This document shows positions 35,844-48,000 of a DNA stretch of 64,000 nucleotides, in pieces. A program made the translations under genes and the position numbers. Below the pieces are notes generated by a model. The model did no database searches, had not been told where the DNA came from, and saw only the letters and a program-made list of their open reading frames with translations. Each line of letters starts with the position of its first letter. Position 1 is the first letter of the stretch. The stretch lies in NCBI GenBank assembly GCA_001179505.1, contig CDMY01000869.1, forward strand, positions 179,452 to 243,451, given 5' to 3'. The DNA comes from Vitrella brassicaformis CCMP3155. Lineage: Eukaryota > Protista > Chromerida.

Positions 35844-38800
35844 TCACGTCCTCCTCGCCCTTTGCCGGCTGTGATTGCGCGGCGACAGGTCCATCACAAA
35901 CGGGGTGACCACCATCTTCCCACTACTGTACAGCGCACACTGAGGGTACCCGTACCACAACATCCTCACACCCAACACAGTGCCACCTTCCCCACCCCCA
36001 CCCTCGCCCTCGCCCAGCCCCAGCCCCAGCCCGTCGAGATGCAGCTCCACCCGCCCTGCCTGGCCCTCACTATCAACAATCGTCTTGGCCAGCGGCACCC
36101 CAACCCACTCCCTCTCCCTCTCCTTTTTACCCCCTTCCGCACTCCTCTCCACTTGCACGTCGAAGAGAGTGGTCGCATTCGCGTCGTCGCAGCAGGTGCG
36201 GCAGCCCCGCGTGCCCGCCGTGTGGAGGCCGTCCCCGTGTGAGAAGGCCAGGACGATGCGGCCCCTGGCTGTTTTGGTGCCGGAGGGCACCAGGGAGGGC
36301 GGGATGGACGTGGCGGGGATGGGGATGCCGTAGACGTGTCCAGCGATCTGGGTGGCGAGCCGCTTGCCGATCTCGGCCTTGTGCCGGGGGTGGATCGGGT
36401 CAAGCGGCGAAGTGGGGTCCCCCAGATCAACCGCACTCACCATGCCTAAACGATCCACACACACAGGGAGGGAGAGGTATGTGTAGCAGCAATGGGAGGC
36501 CCGGTGCGTGTGTGCTTACCAGTGTGTGGCAGTTGCAGGGCGCTTGTCTGCTGCCACCTCATTGTCTTGAAGTCAAGGGCGGAGGGCTCCTCGTACGCCG
36601 CGAGCTGGACAAACCAGAAGGGCAGCTCGGGGGACAGCCACTGGTGCCGCACGTCAGCCACAAAGGCCGGGAAGCGACACGAGTACATTGACAAGTCGGA
36701 GGAGTCCGAGGTGTCCTGCTCGCCTTGGTACCAGATGACGCCCTTGACGTCCACTTTCTTGAGGGGGTGGAGGAGGCCATTCCATACCTGCCGAGGTCCG
36801 AGACACCATGGGCAGTGGCTGTCCCGCCGAGAGGAGCAGCCGGGCAGCCGTGGGGGGCACGCGCTGGCATTGTTGGCGGTGAAGCCATCACTGAGGCATG
36901 CCTGATGGATGCCACGAGACATAGAGAGAGAAAGGCAGATGGTTATAGGTGGGTGGTTCGCATAACATCCATCGGTGTGTGTGCTCACCTACCTGGTCAG
37001 GCCGGTCGTCACACGACGGCGTCCACCCTTGCCTCACCTTCCTCCATCCCTCACACACGCCCACCACCCCGCCCTTGGTCCTGTTGTAGGCCTCAATCGC
37101 CTCCCGGCACATCGGGTAGGCATCGAGCGCCTGCCACCACATCGCCGCACCACTCCTCTCACTCTCACCCACTGGCCGATCATTGCCGCCATCCACACGC
37201 AGCGGCCGTACAGGCGAGCCGTCCACCCCGCCACACGACAGGTCATTGATGGCTGCCGCCGACATGAAGCTCTCGATGCGCTGCCCGCCCCAGGCAGAGG
37301 TGACCAGCCCGATTGGGACGGTTGGCTCCTTCTCAGCTTGGTGGTTGAGCAGTGTGTCAAGATGTCGGCCAAAGGTATAGCAGACGGCGGAGTGGTATTT
37401 GAAGAAATGGTCGCGTGTGAGGTTGCTGTGGGTGGCTGACTCGTTTGCCGCGAAGAAGGATTGCGGGCGTGACGGTGCCCAGGCGAATGAGGCGAGGGAT
37501 GAGAGGTCTTCGCGAGGCGTGTCGGATGCGCTCAGGTTGACAGTGAACATCCGGATGTGGGGGTACCTGACACACACATACAGAGGGGGAGATGGGCTAG
37601 AATGTGCCCACTGGCGTGTCTGTCTCTTTTCCCTCCCTCACCTGTCAGCTGTTGTGATGTATTCCTGTCCTTCGAGGTCCCCATTGAGGGTCATCTGCAT
37701 GTTGGACTGCCCCGAGCACAGCCACACGTCACCGAAGACCACATCCTCCAGCAGCACGCCGCCCTCACTGGTGCTCACGCTGATCCTCCGCCCCTCAGCA
37801 CTGGCCTCCACCCGCGGCAGCAGCAGCTCCCACGCCCCAGTGTCCTCGTCGGCCCTCACATAGTAGCTAGGCGAGAACTGCTGCGGATCGCTGCCTTTGC
37901 TGGTGGATGTCTTCTGTTCGATGCGTATGGTGACGGTGACGCCCTTCTTGGCCCAGCCCCAGATGCGCGCCTGCTGTGGCGCGCGTGGGAGGACCATGTG
38001 TGAGGAGAAGATGCCATGCAGCTTGAGGTCGGGATCCTCCCTCGTGCAGTCGTGACAGAACTCCCACAGCCGCATGGGCACTGCATCGATGCTGCACACA
38101 CACACACACACAGGGAGGCTCCGCGACCATAGAGGGGCGTGTGTGTTGTCCTGTGTTGTGTTGTGCTGTGCTTTGTGTGGAGCGTACGGTTCATCGAGTC
38201 TTCGTGTGTTGTGTGGCTGGTATGAGGCGAATGTGTCGTAGAGGTTGCGGGTGAGCAGAGTGGAGGTGAAGTTGCTGAGGGCGAAGGAGCAGTCCAGCCG
38301 ACACTCAAACGTCACCTCACGACTCGCGCCAGGCAACAAATGGAACCCTGCAAAAGGAAAGAAACCCAGGACTTGTGTGTGTGCGTGGGCATTACGAGCT
38401 CTTTCCTACCATTATCTGAGAACCTTCCAGCCATCGGCGACTCCAGCCACACAAACATGGCCACCCCCCCTCCCTCTGCGGCCTTCACGCGCACCTTGGC
38501 CGCGGCCCCCTGCACGTCAATGCCCTCCACTGACACTTCCGCCCGACTCAGGTCAGCCAGCTTGTATGGACACATCACCAGATGGCCCTCGGCGTGGTGA
38601 CTGCTGCTCTTGCTGCTGGTCTGGGTCTTGCTGTCGTTGAATGAGAGCTGCATGGTGAAGAAGCAGTCGTTGGGCGAGCAGAGGAGGTGCTGCCGGAGGT
38701 CCGTGTCGGTGGTGGCATCCAGGGTGCGGCGGCGTGGTGATGGTGGGAGGCCTTTGAAGGCGCGGGAGATCTTGAACTGGTGGATGACGGCGGCCGACAG

Positions 38801-41800
38801 GGGGGCGAGGGACAACTCGCCGAGCTCCTCTCGCCACAAGACGGCCCCATCACTGCATTGTATGCACGCCATGGCAACGAATGAGTCAAACACGGTGGCC
38901 CTCAAGTACCTACCGGAATCGCACGAGCTGCACTTGTAGCGTGCCGCCGTCGAGCCGCTCGTTGATGTCTGACACGGCGTAGATCCGTGTGGTGTCCTTC
39001 CGAGGCACATACTCCCCCCGCACCATCAGGGGGCCGAAGAAGCTGCGGGCCGCATAGTGGAGGGGCTTCCACTTGCCGCTGTACTCGAGGGAGCTCCACG
39101 ACGGGCCCTGCCAGACGTCGTTGAGCTGCCAGTAGAGCACCCCCATGGTCATGACGGCCTTGTCGCTCTTGAGCCGCCGCCAGTAGCTAATGGCCGCGTC
39201 GTAGCACATACTCTGCTCCAGCTGACTCAGCCACGTCAACGACGCGAAGTCCTGCGCACCCTTGGGCAGCCGACTGAGCGCCAGCGGCTCCATCAATGCC
39301 CCTGCTAGGCCTGAAGTGATGTCTGGGGTGGTCTGGGGGCGGCCGAGGTCGGCATGGCGCAGGTACGCCTCATCCGGCACGGCTGCCGGTGCGTGCTGCG
39401 ACGGGGGGAGGCTGCACAGCACAGACACACACGCACCGAACGTTGCACATGTCGACTTCTGTGCTGTCATGACACATGACACCGCCACTGACCTGAAGTG
39501 TTTGCCAATGACTTCGATGAGCTCCCTGTTGCCGCCGGGGTGTCTCATCCTGAAAGCGCTGAAGTTTGAACTCAGCGTGAGGTCTGCCGGTTCGGCGAGG
39601 CCCGCGTAGGCCAGGATGGATGGGAGCGACTGGAAGCCGAACTCGGAGACGAACTTGGCCCTTGGGTAGTGGGAGGTCTTGAGGCAGTCGATGCCGTAGT
39701 CGTAGAAGTGCACGTCGCCCCGGTGGATGTCGTAGGGGTCGCCCCATTGCCTGTGACGGTGGAGAGGGACAATGCGCGTGTGTGTTGGCGCGTGTGTGTG
39801 TGGTTGTGGAGAGATCCACTCATCCGCTCACTTTCTGTATGTGTCAGGGTATTCGGTGAGCGGGCCGTTGGTCGGGGAGGAGTCGAGAAAGATGGCCGAC
39901 GGGGGGCCCACCTGTGCCAGCCATAGACATGCGAAACGTCTGCCGTGTGTGATGATATACATCCCAACAGCGTCTGCGCACCTTTCTGAACTCATCGTGT
40001 ATGGTGTCAATGTACAGGACGTTGTACTCGGACAAATAGAGGTCGCGATTGCTCTGCGAATCGCGGTACCTGCATTCACGCGACACAAAGCGAACGGGCC
40101 AGTCAGTACATATGCAAGGGAGCCACGTGACATCCAATGAATGGTGTCCATCCATCCCTGTGACCATTGTAGTGCAGCTTCATTCTCATTGCTCCCGCCC
40201 CAGATGACGATAGAAGGGTGGGAGGCGAGGCGACGCACCTGAATGCGCACCTGCACAGACAGCCACGAGGGAAGACACACACCGTCACAAAGGCATCCAT
40301 CGATGCACACACACAGATGGATGCGGCTGCACAACCAGCCCACCGGCCGGTTGCTGTGCTGACCTCTTGCCTGACGTTGTCGAGGAATGGTTTGTGTGTG
40401 GGGTACATGGCACAGGCGAAGATGAACTCCTGCCAGACGAGGATGCCGTGGGCGTCGCACCAGTCGTAGAAGTACTCCTCCTGGTAGATGCCCCCGCCCC
40501 ACACACGCAGCATGTTCATCTCCGCTGCCAAGGCCGACTCTGCACCCACACACAATAGATACATCACACGAAGTCACGCACACCGCCATCCACCCACCGA
40601 GGATCGCCTCCACATCTTCCTGGGTGACGGTGGCGTGGAACGACGAGAAAGGGATGACATTGGCCCCTTTGGCGTAGACGGGCACCCCGTTGACCTCGAA
40701 GTAGAAGCTCTCGGGCTTGTAGGACGTGGAGCACTCAGCGACGCTGGCGGGGCACTTGTTGCACTGTGAGAACTTGCCATGGGTTGTGTCGCAGCAGTCC
40801 GGGTGGCCGCAGTACTCGCCCAGCTCGTTGTCCCACGTCTGGCCCTCAGCCCGAACCTTGCCGTACGCCTCACAGAAAGTCAGGGACGGCTCGCGCTTCT
40901 GGTACCACTCTATGCCAGACTGAGGGGAGAGAGAGAGAGNNNNNNNNNNNNNNNNNNNNNNNNNNNNNNNNNNNNNNNNNNNNNNNNNNNNNNNNNNNNN
41001 NNNNNNNNNNNNNNNNNNNNNNNNNNNNNNNNNNNNNNNNNNNNNNNNNNNNNNNNNNNNNNNNNNNNNNNNNNNNNNNNNNNNNNNNNNNNNNNNNNNN
41101 NNNNNNNNNNNNNNNNNNNNNNNNNNNNNNNNNNNNNNNNNNNNNNNNNNNNNNNNNNNNNNNNNNNNNNNNNNNNNNNNNNNNNNNNNNNNNNNNNNNN
41201 NNNNNNNNNNNNNNNNNNNNNNNNNNNNNNNNNNNNNNNGGGAACATTCATTCATTCAGGAGCCGTGCCGCTGTTGACCCACCAAGCCTGCCTGCCTGCC
41301 TGCCCGTCTTACCCTGCAGTAAGGCCAGTTCTCGATCCTCTCCCCCTGCTTGAGGCTCGCGGCATGCGTCAGCGGCTCACGCACCAGCCGCACCCGCCGC
41401 AGCCCCACCAGGACTACCCGCCTGTCGATCGACCCGTCGTGGTCCTCACCCACATGCAGATGCAGACTGGGGGAGGACGGCACCCCCAAAGTCACGTTCA
41501 GGGGCACCAGCCTGCCCGGCGTGCCGCTGTAGCCTCGCGGCCACCATAGCGGCGGGTTTGTGACGTGGAAAGAGAAAGTGAAAGAGAGAGAGTGAAGGGG
41601 CTCGGGGGCGGAGGAGGTGGACGGGGGGGAGCGGCAATCGCCGGGAGGGATCTGCATGGATCGTTGAGTGAGACGGGAAGCAAGGAGAAGGGTGATCGGT
41701 CTGTCTCTTTTGGTGTACAGTGATGGCTGGCTGGCTGGCGCACCTTTTTGGACAGCGTCTGTCCCATGAATGTGGCGGAGAGCATGAGGTCGCCCCTCAT

Positions 41801-43362
41801 GCAGGGGTCCAGCAGCACGCCCACCTCAGACGTCACCTTGACTGCAGACAGACCGTTGCCCTCAAACACCTGGTCCGTCACCTACATACACATGTGCAGG
41901 CAACGGAAACAGACACAGGCACCGATCAGGTCAAGTCTCTCCGCCTCCCTCCCCCTTCGCCCCCACTCACCACGTGCTCAATCCTCCCCTCGCTGAGCCC
42001 CACGGCGTGCACCGACCGCCATATCCCCATGGGAGCAAAGCCAGGACCCCAATCCCACCTGCGATGCGATCCACACCGAAGCAACAAAGCCATGACACAG
42101 CCTCTGCCTCATAGCACAGGTGTGTGTGTATGTGTGTTATCCGAAGACGTACCCGAAATCTGACTGTGCCTTCCTGACGAAGTTGCGATTGGGGAGGTCG
42201 TAGAGGTTCTCCGTCACGGGAACGGGGTAGGGGAACCGGGCGGCCTCTCGCTCGCCCACATGGATAGCATTGGCGAACCGGAATGAGAGCTCGTTGCGGC
42301 CAAGCCGGAGATAGGGCTGGATCTGAGAGGGAGAAAGAACATCGGTCCTGCTGTGCTTAGTGGCCAGTTTGTCGGGCAACGACCTGGAAAGTGTATTTGA
42401 CAAACATGTTGTCCAAGGTGCCGACTTGGTGACCGTTGAGCCGCACTTGTGCGAATGTGTCGACCCCATGGAGGTCCAGCAGCACGATGCGATGACGCAG
42501 GTGGGTGCCCGTCAGCACGAAACTCGCCGTGTAGGTCCAGTTGCTCAGCGCCACCCACCGATACCGGAGCTCGTTGAAGCGATAGTACGGATGACCGTCC
42601 TGAATGAATGATCATAAACCAACGAACCAATCAATCAGACACACCACATCAATCCAATCAGAACGCGCGAATGCACGCATCCACGAACGCATCATGTTTC
42701 CTTCGCCCTTTTACCCTCTCACCTTGAGCACTCCACATGCAAGCAGGTCCTCGTAGACAGAAGAGGGTGGCGACGCCGGGCAGTCGATACGCCGATGGGG
42801 ATGGGAGGTGTCGTTGGAGCTGGTCAGCCGCCACGACACCGCTATGTGTGACATCTTGTCGTCATCGTGGGCGGCCGAGCGGTGTTGGCCGAGGGAGAGA
42901 GAGGGGTCGGCCGAGACGGGGACGCTCTCGGCCAAATGGATGACGTATGGCGCGTAGAACCTGCGTGAATGACGGACGAATGCAGCCGATTCATCAGTCA
43001 ATCAAGCAGATAGATTGCGTGTGGATGTTTACTTTGACGGCGGTATGCCTATTGCGTGTCCGGGGTCCATTCTCCACCCGATGCCCAGGAAGACAAACCC
43101 GACGGCCATCCCCACCAGCATCAGCAGAAACCCGTACTGCAATAAACAAACAGCACAAACACCAAAACAGCCCATGAGTCCATGCAGCCCGCTGGTTTGT
43201 TGATTTGTGGTTACTTACGATCAGGTAGACGCCATCCCTGCGGTTGTCCCTGTCCTTGCTGTCCCGCCTGATCTGCTGACGCTGCAGCAGATGATCGGCC
43301 TCTGCAGCATTAGTCTGACGCCCAAGGATAGTGGGACTGGCGTCATCTGCTTCGCGCTGCAT
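35844..43362 (-). CDS. Type II membrane GH2 beta-mannosidase fused to a C-terminal sialate O-acetylesterase-like (SASA/SGNH) esterase
   Basis: GH2 motifs: GVDTFA, RKAQSDFGWDWGP, FEVNGVPVYAKGANVIP, MNMLRVWGGG, WQEFIFAC, WGGSNENE (acid/base), GDVHFY, FVSEFGFQS (nucleophile), GVLYWQLNDVW, KWKPLHY, FSDNGF. Esterase motifs: IFSSHMVLPR, VFGDVWLCSGQSNMQ, PIGLVTSAWGG, GVIWYQGE, DPIHPRHK, RLA. There is no stop codon between the two. An alternative upstream start is at 43470. Confidence 0.85.
40940..41239. other. Assembly gap (300 N) inside a GH2 gene intron
   Basis: Run of N flanked by a (GA)n microsatellite. The flanking exons join in phase 0. Confidence 0.95.
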
Positions 43363-43672
43363 GCTGATGCTGTCGAGGCCCTTAGACTGTTGTGTGTCCT
43401 TATACTCCTTTCGCGCGCGAAAAAGTTCTGAAAGCGCGCAATGATTCCGTGAAACCGCTCTCTCGGGCATCGTGATGGGACAACGCAATCGTCACGCCAC
43501 TAAACAACCACCCACTGGCAGAATGAGGTATTTGCTCTCTCAAAGGGACTGAGCACTCGTGTTGACATCAAGATCTGACCGTTGATAGGTCAGCCTCTGA
43601 ATTCATCCCTTTCAGGCTGTTGATCCATTCATTCCTCTTTTGTTTGCACGCCAGAGGCTGCAGGCCAGGCTG

Positions 43673-44707
43673 ATGGGTGCTGTGTCGAGCTACATCGTCT
43701 CCAACTACCACCCCGAGTGCCCGCCGAACACACACGGCCTGGGCGACGTCGACGAGTGCCACCACACCGCTCCCGACAGAGTCTTCGCCGCGCTGGACAA
43801 GTACCTCTTCATCCGCAAAGCCAACGTCGAGGCCATCAGGAAGGGCCCCGACGAGCCGCGGCTCAGCGGGCGGCTGTTCGACTGGTGCATGACCTTCTGC
43901 CGCGACTCCCACTGCCTCCTCCCCGACCACGCCAGCGAGATGTTCAGCCAGTGCAGACAGCGGTACCACGAGAGGACCACCGGGGGTGGCGGCCTGAATG
44001 AGGACGAGAAGGAACACGAGAAGGACAAGACCTACCACAGCGGGCCCGACTACTGGTGCAGCATCGTCAAGAAGGACGGCGTGCCCTTCATTATGAATGG
44101 CGGCCGGCGTCGGTGTCCGCGGAGCTACTTCTGGTGCAGGCACCTCAAGTCGGTCAACGAGACGCAGTTCTGCCAGCGGCTGACGCGCTGCATGCACCAG
44201 TTCGACCCCAACGCTCTCGAGTACAAGAAGGTGGAGGGCCGTGCGGCCGATGCCAGGGAGGACAGCCTCGTGGGCGAGAAGAGGAAGCTCTTCAAGCTCT
44301 CCCTCCGACCCTATCGGGTGCAGTACCAGCGCTTCGAGAACCGATACCGGGAGGAGACCCACGAGGAGTGCATCAAGCTGGTGGCCTTCCTCAACGGCGA
44401 GAACCCCTTGAAGGACATGGACAAAGAACAGCAGTATCGGGTGTTCTTTGGTGAGGGCATCGACCGCAGCGAGAACCAGCAGCGGCACCTCAGCATGGCG
44501 CACTATGCCGTCTGGTGGGTCTCGCAGCAGGGCGATGAGATGCGCGCCAAGCTGAGGCGGGAGTGGGACATCCTCCGTGGGAGGGCGCGTCGCAGCAACA
44601 CGACGTGGATGGACTACATGCCGCAGAGGGAGGACTTTGCGTATGGATACGGGAGGAAGCACGGGTTCGGCACCGACATTGACAACCAGGGCCTCATAGC
44701 CAAGTAG
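43673..44707 (+). CDS. Intronless 344-aa hypothetical protein with a possible N-myristoylation motif (MGAVSS), rich in Cys and His
   Basis: Long uninterrupted ORF with strong G/C third-position bias; no recognised domain. Confidence 0.72.
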   Translation: MGAVSSYIVSNYHPECPPNTHGLGDVDECHHTAPDRVFAALDKYLFIRKANVEAIRKGPDEPRLSGRLFDWCMTFCRDSHCLLPDHASEMFSQCRQRYHERTTGGGGLNEDEKEHEKDKTYHSGPDYWCSIVKKDGVPFIMNGGRRRCPRSYFWCRHLKSVNETQFCQRLTRCMHQFDPNALEYKKVEGRAADAREDSLVGEKRKLFKLSLRPYRVQYQRFENRYREETHEECIKLVAFLNGENPLKDMDKEQQYRVFFGEGIDRSENQQRHLSMAHYAVWWVSQQGDEMRAKLRREWDILRGRARRSNTTWMDYMPQREDFAYGYGRKHGFGTDIDNQGLIAK

Positions 44708-45001
44708 CTCAGCTGCCCTGCCCAGGCTATACGGGGCTGAGTGAGCAGTGAGTGGCTGGCTGTCGGTGTGCAGTGGGTGTGTCCATGAGGGGGATGCGTA
44801 ATGAGTAGTGGTGTGTGAATCGATTGTCAGTCAGTCGGTCAGTTGGTTGCTGAGAGAGGTGTGCATAGGCGACCAGACGTGACATGTCATGACCCAATCA
44901 ATGGACGTGTGCAATTCATCAAACATGAAATCGATTGACGTCAGTCAGGTCATGTGCAAAAGCCAATGCATGCAAAGAAGAGTAAACCGTCTTTGTGCTA
45001 C

Positions 45002-48000
45002 CTACCGATCCCCTTTTGTCCCCTTGCCCCCCTTGAGCACACTCGTTAATGTCTTTCTGGGCTCGCGAGGTGAGTAGGTCCAGCCCGTCACCGAGAGCCC
45101 GGCCACATCTGCCCCCTCCCCCCACACGCCATCGGCATCCACAACCTCTCCCTCCTGACTCCTGTCCTTATCCACAGACGACATGATCACCTCACTCCTG
45201 CCCTCTAGAGGCTCAATCGACTCGAATGACGAGTGATGCTCCCGTGCAGGCAGAGACGACGCTTGTGAGGGCCGGGAGAGACTGGTTGCTGTCACGTTGA
45301 GGAGCTGGCTGCCGCCACCTTCGGTGATGAAGGCGGGCCGGGGCGGAGGGGTGGGCTCATGCTCATGGTCATGGTCTGCTGCAGGGGGTGGCGAGGGCGA
45401 ATCAGACGGGCTGATGGCCGTGTCAGAGACGTCCGGGGGAGGAGGGGCAGCAGGCAGGGCCTCGGCCGCCGGCGAGAGTTCGGCCATCTGCTCCTCAACT
45501 TCTTGTCTCACTGTCTGGGTGAGGCGCTTCAGGTCCTCTGCGGACTTGCGAACGGCGTAGGCCGGACGCAATCGCCGCCCTCGTGCGCGCAGCCGCGTGT
45601 ACGGTCCGTCCTTGGCCTTATCCCTGGGGCGGAAGGAGCCTGTGAACCACCGCATGCCGCTTTGGGCCTCGGTGGACTCGGTGGGGGAGGGAAGGGCCGG
45701 CAGGAAGGTGGAGGATGTGTCCTTGGTGGAAGCGGCGGGGTGAGTCTGCATGACAGACGGCAGGCCAAGACAGATAGATAGATACTGTGGGGGGCGTGTA
45801 TGACCCCTGCCTGTGTCTTCCCTTCCCACACAAACACACACCTGGTCGGCTTCGTTGCGGAGCCTCTTCCAGAAGTTGCGCTTTGGAGGGGGCGCCTCGG
45901 GCAGGACGGCGTGCTGCAGCTCAAGACGCGACCAGAACTCCTCCTCGACTCGTGTCTCAAGAGCGAATAGCCGGGCCTCTGCCACTTTCCTGGGCAAGAG
46001 CGTCGTCTCAATCCAGTTGCGGAAGCGCATCTCCAGACCCTGCAGCCTCTTGAGTGTGGCCGTGATCTCCTCCTGGTGCCACTCTTGGGTGGTTAGCTCG
46101 CAATCCAGCTGCTCACGGAGGCTGTCTAAAGTCTCGTTGAAGCGCTCCTCCTGCTGAGACACCTGGGTCGCGCGGAAGGCCTCACCCTAAGAGAGGAAAG
46201 AGGGAGAGAGGGATGACAGAGAGGGAGGGGCGAAGCATCCATCACGTGCCTTGAGTCTGTCCTGTTCGGTGGATTCGATGGCTCTCTCGAGACGCTGCAC
46301 TTGGTCGTTGAACGAGCAGCGCAGGTGGTCGATGGATGCCTCCTGTGATTCGAGTCACTCGACGTTCATTGGTGTACTCATTCAGACGCTACATGTCCTT
46401 CCTCGTCGGCTGGCCCTCTTACCTACCTGTGTCCGCAGGTCAGTTGTCTTGGTATCGAGCTCGGAGTAAATACCGGGAAGCTGTTTCTGGATCTCTTGCA
46501 CAGCTACCTCTTGCTCCTCCTGACAGACACAAACACACACACGCCGTCCGTTGCTGCATGAGTCGAGTGAATTGAGGGCCTCCCATATATGGATATATAA
46601 TGCTCGTAGATACGTGTCTCTGGTGGAGGTTGTTGACGAAAGTGCTGATGGGGTCTAGGTGTTCTTTCACCGCGCCAAAGACATTCGCTTGCAGCACCTG
46701 GAGGCCACGCTCGGACGACACCGACTGAACAAGAAAGACAAACGAAACACAGATGAGATGAGCACAGACGCGTTGGTGACAAGCAAGAAGGGTCGGACGG
46801 ACTTACAATGTCTTCGATGGCCTTCTTGAGCCGCTGGTTCGTGTCAGTCTGGTGGCTCTGCCACTGTTTGACCACGTGACTCATCTGCAGCCAGCCATGC
46901 AGCAAGCGGGCCACATACCTGCCTCTCTCTCATGTCCATGTCTGTCTCCACGTTCGTTCATGCGCAGACCTACCTGTTCGTATGACTGCTTAGCGGCCTG
47001 GTGGATCAGTTCGATCTTCTTCTCGACTTTATCCCGGGTCAGTGTGCTGCCCTTGACACTCGCCACCTCCTCCTCAACCGAACTTAGACCCGCAGCTGCC
47101 AAGGCTATCTGCTCCGCACTCTCTTCACATGCCACACAAGGACACGCACACAATGAAGCTGTCGATTCTGTCTGTCTGAGAAGGGTACGTACCTTCTCCC
47201 CTTCTCCTGAGGTCATCGAGGTCTCGATCGTGCGCTTCTACCCCTTTGGTAAGCGCCTGTATAGACTCATTGGCCGTCTGGATCTCGCCGCGTAGCCTGT
47301 CGCCCGTGTCGCGCAGGGCCGAGAAGACGCCATCCATGATAGACATGTGGTCGTCGATGCTCTCGGCTGGCCCATTTGACTTGGGGGTGCCGCTGACAGA
47401 AGCTGAACGCACAAGGAGCGAGCCAATGGGGTGCGGTGCAAGATATGTGGATGGATTTGTTCTGCTTCAGTCAGTGTGCAGGTGTGTTCTGTACCTCTGA
47501 ATTCGTCTGCCTTCTGAATGAGCATTTTCTGGACGCTTCTGGTGTAGTCCGCGTGTCTGTGTGGAAACGAAAAGGGAGAGAGGGAGGGGGGAAGGCCCGT
47601 GCTGTCACGATGGTTATGCTCTCTCCCTCTCTGCTCTCTGTGCGTACTGTACGTACGTCTGCAGTTGTTTGATTTTGGCGTTGAGGTTCTTGACCCCCGT
47701 CCACAGGAGGCTGCTCATGACTGTCTGGTGGGTCGTCAGCGAACGCACACTCTTGTCAATGTTGTTCTGCACACAACACAACCAGGCAGACCATCATACA
47801 CCGATAATTCTCCTCCCCCTGCCCTCCCNNNNNNNNNNNNNNNNNNNNNNNNNNNNNNNNNNNNNNNNNNNNNNNNNNNNNNNNNNNNNNNNNNNNNNNN
47901 NNNNNNNNNNNNNNNNNNNNNNNNNNNNNNNNNNNNNNNNNNNNNNNNNNNNNNNNNNNNNNNNNNNNNNNNNNNNNNNNNNNNNNNNNNNNNNNNNNNN

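Noticed and set aside
37900-38080. Esterase as an independent gene starting at MRLWEFC
   Set aside because: No upstream stop for the GH2 frame, no signal peptide, and a clean in-phase intron links the two domains.
39828-41549. ORFs spanning poly-X
   Set aside because: Artefacts of the N gap; the same applies to 47561-48541.
43568-44662. 364-aa antisense ORF
   Set aside because: Mirror of the plus-strand CDS; the codon bias supports the plus strand.
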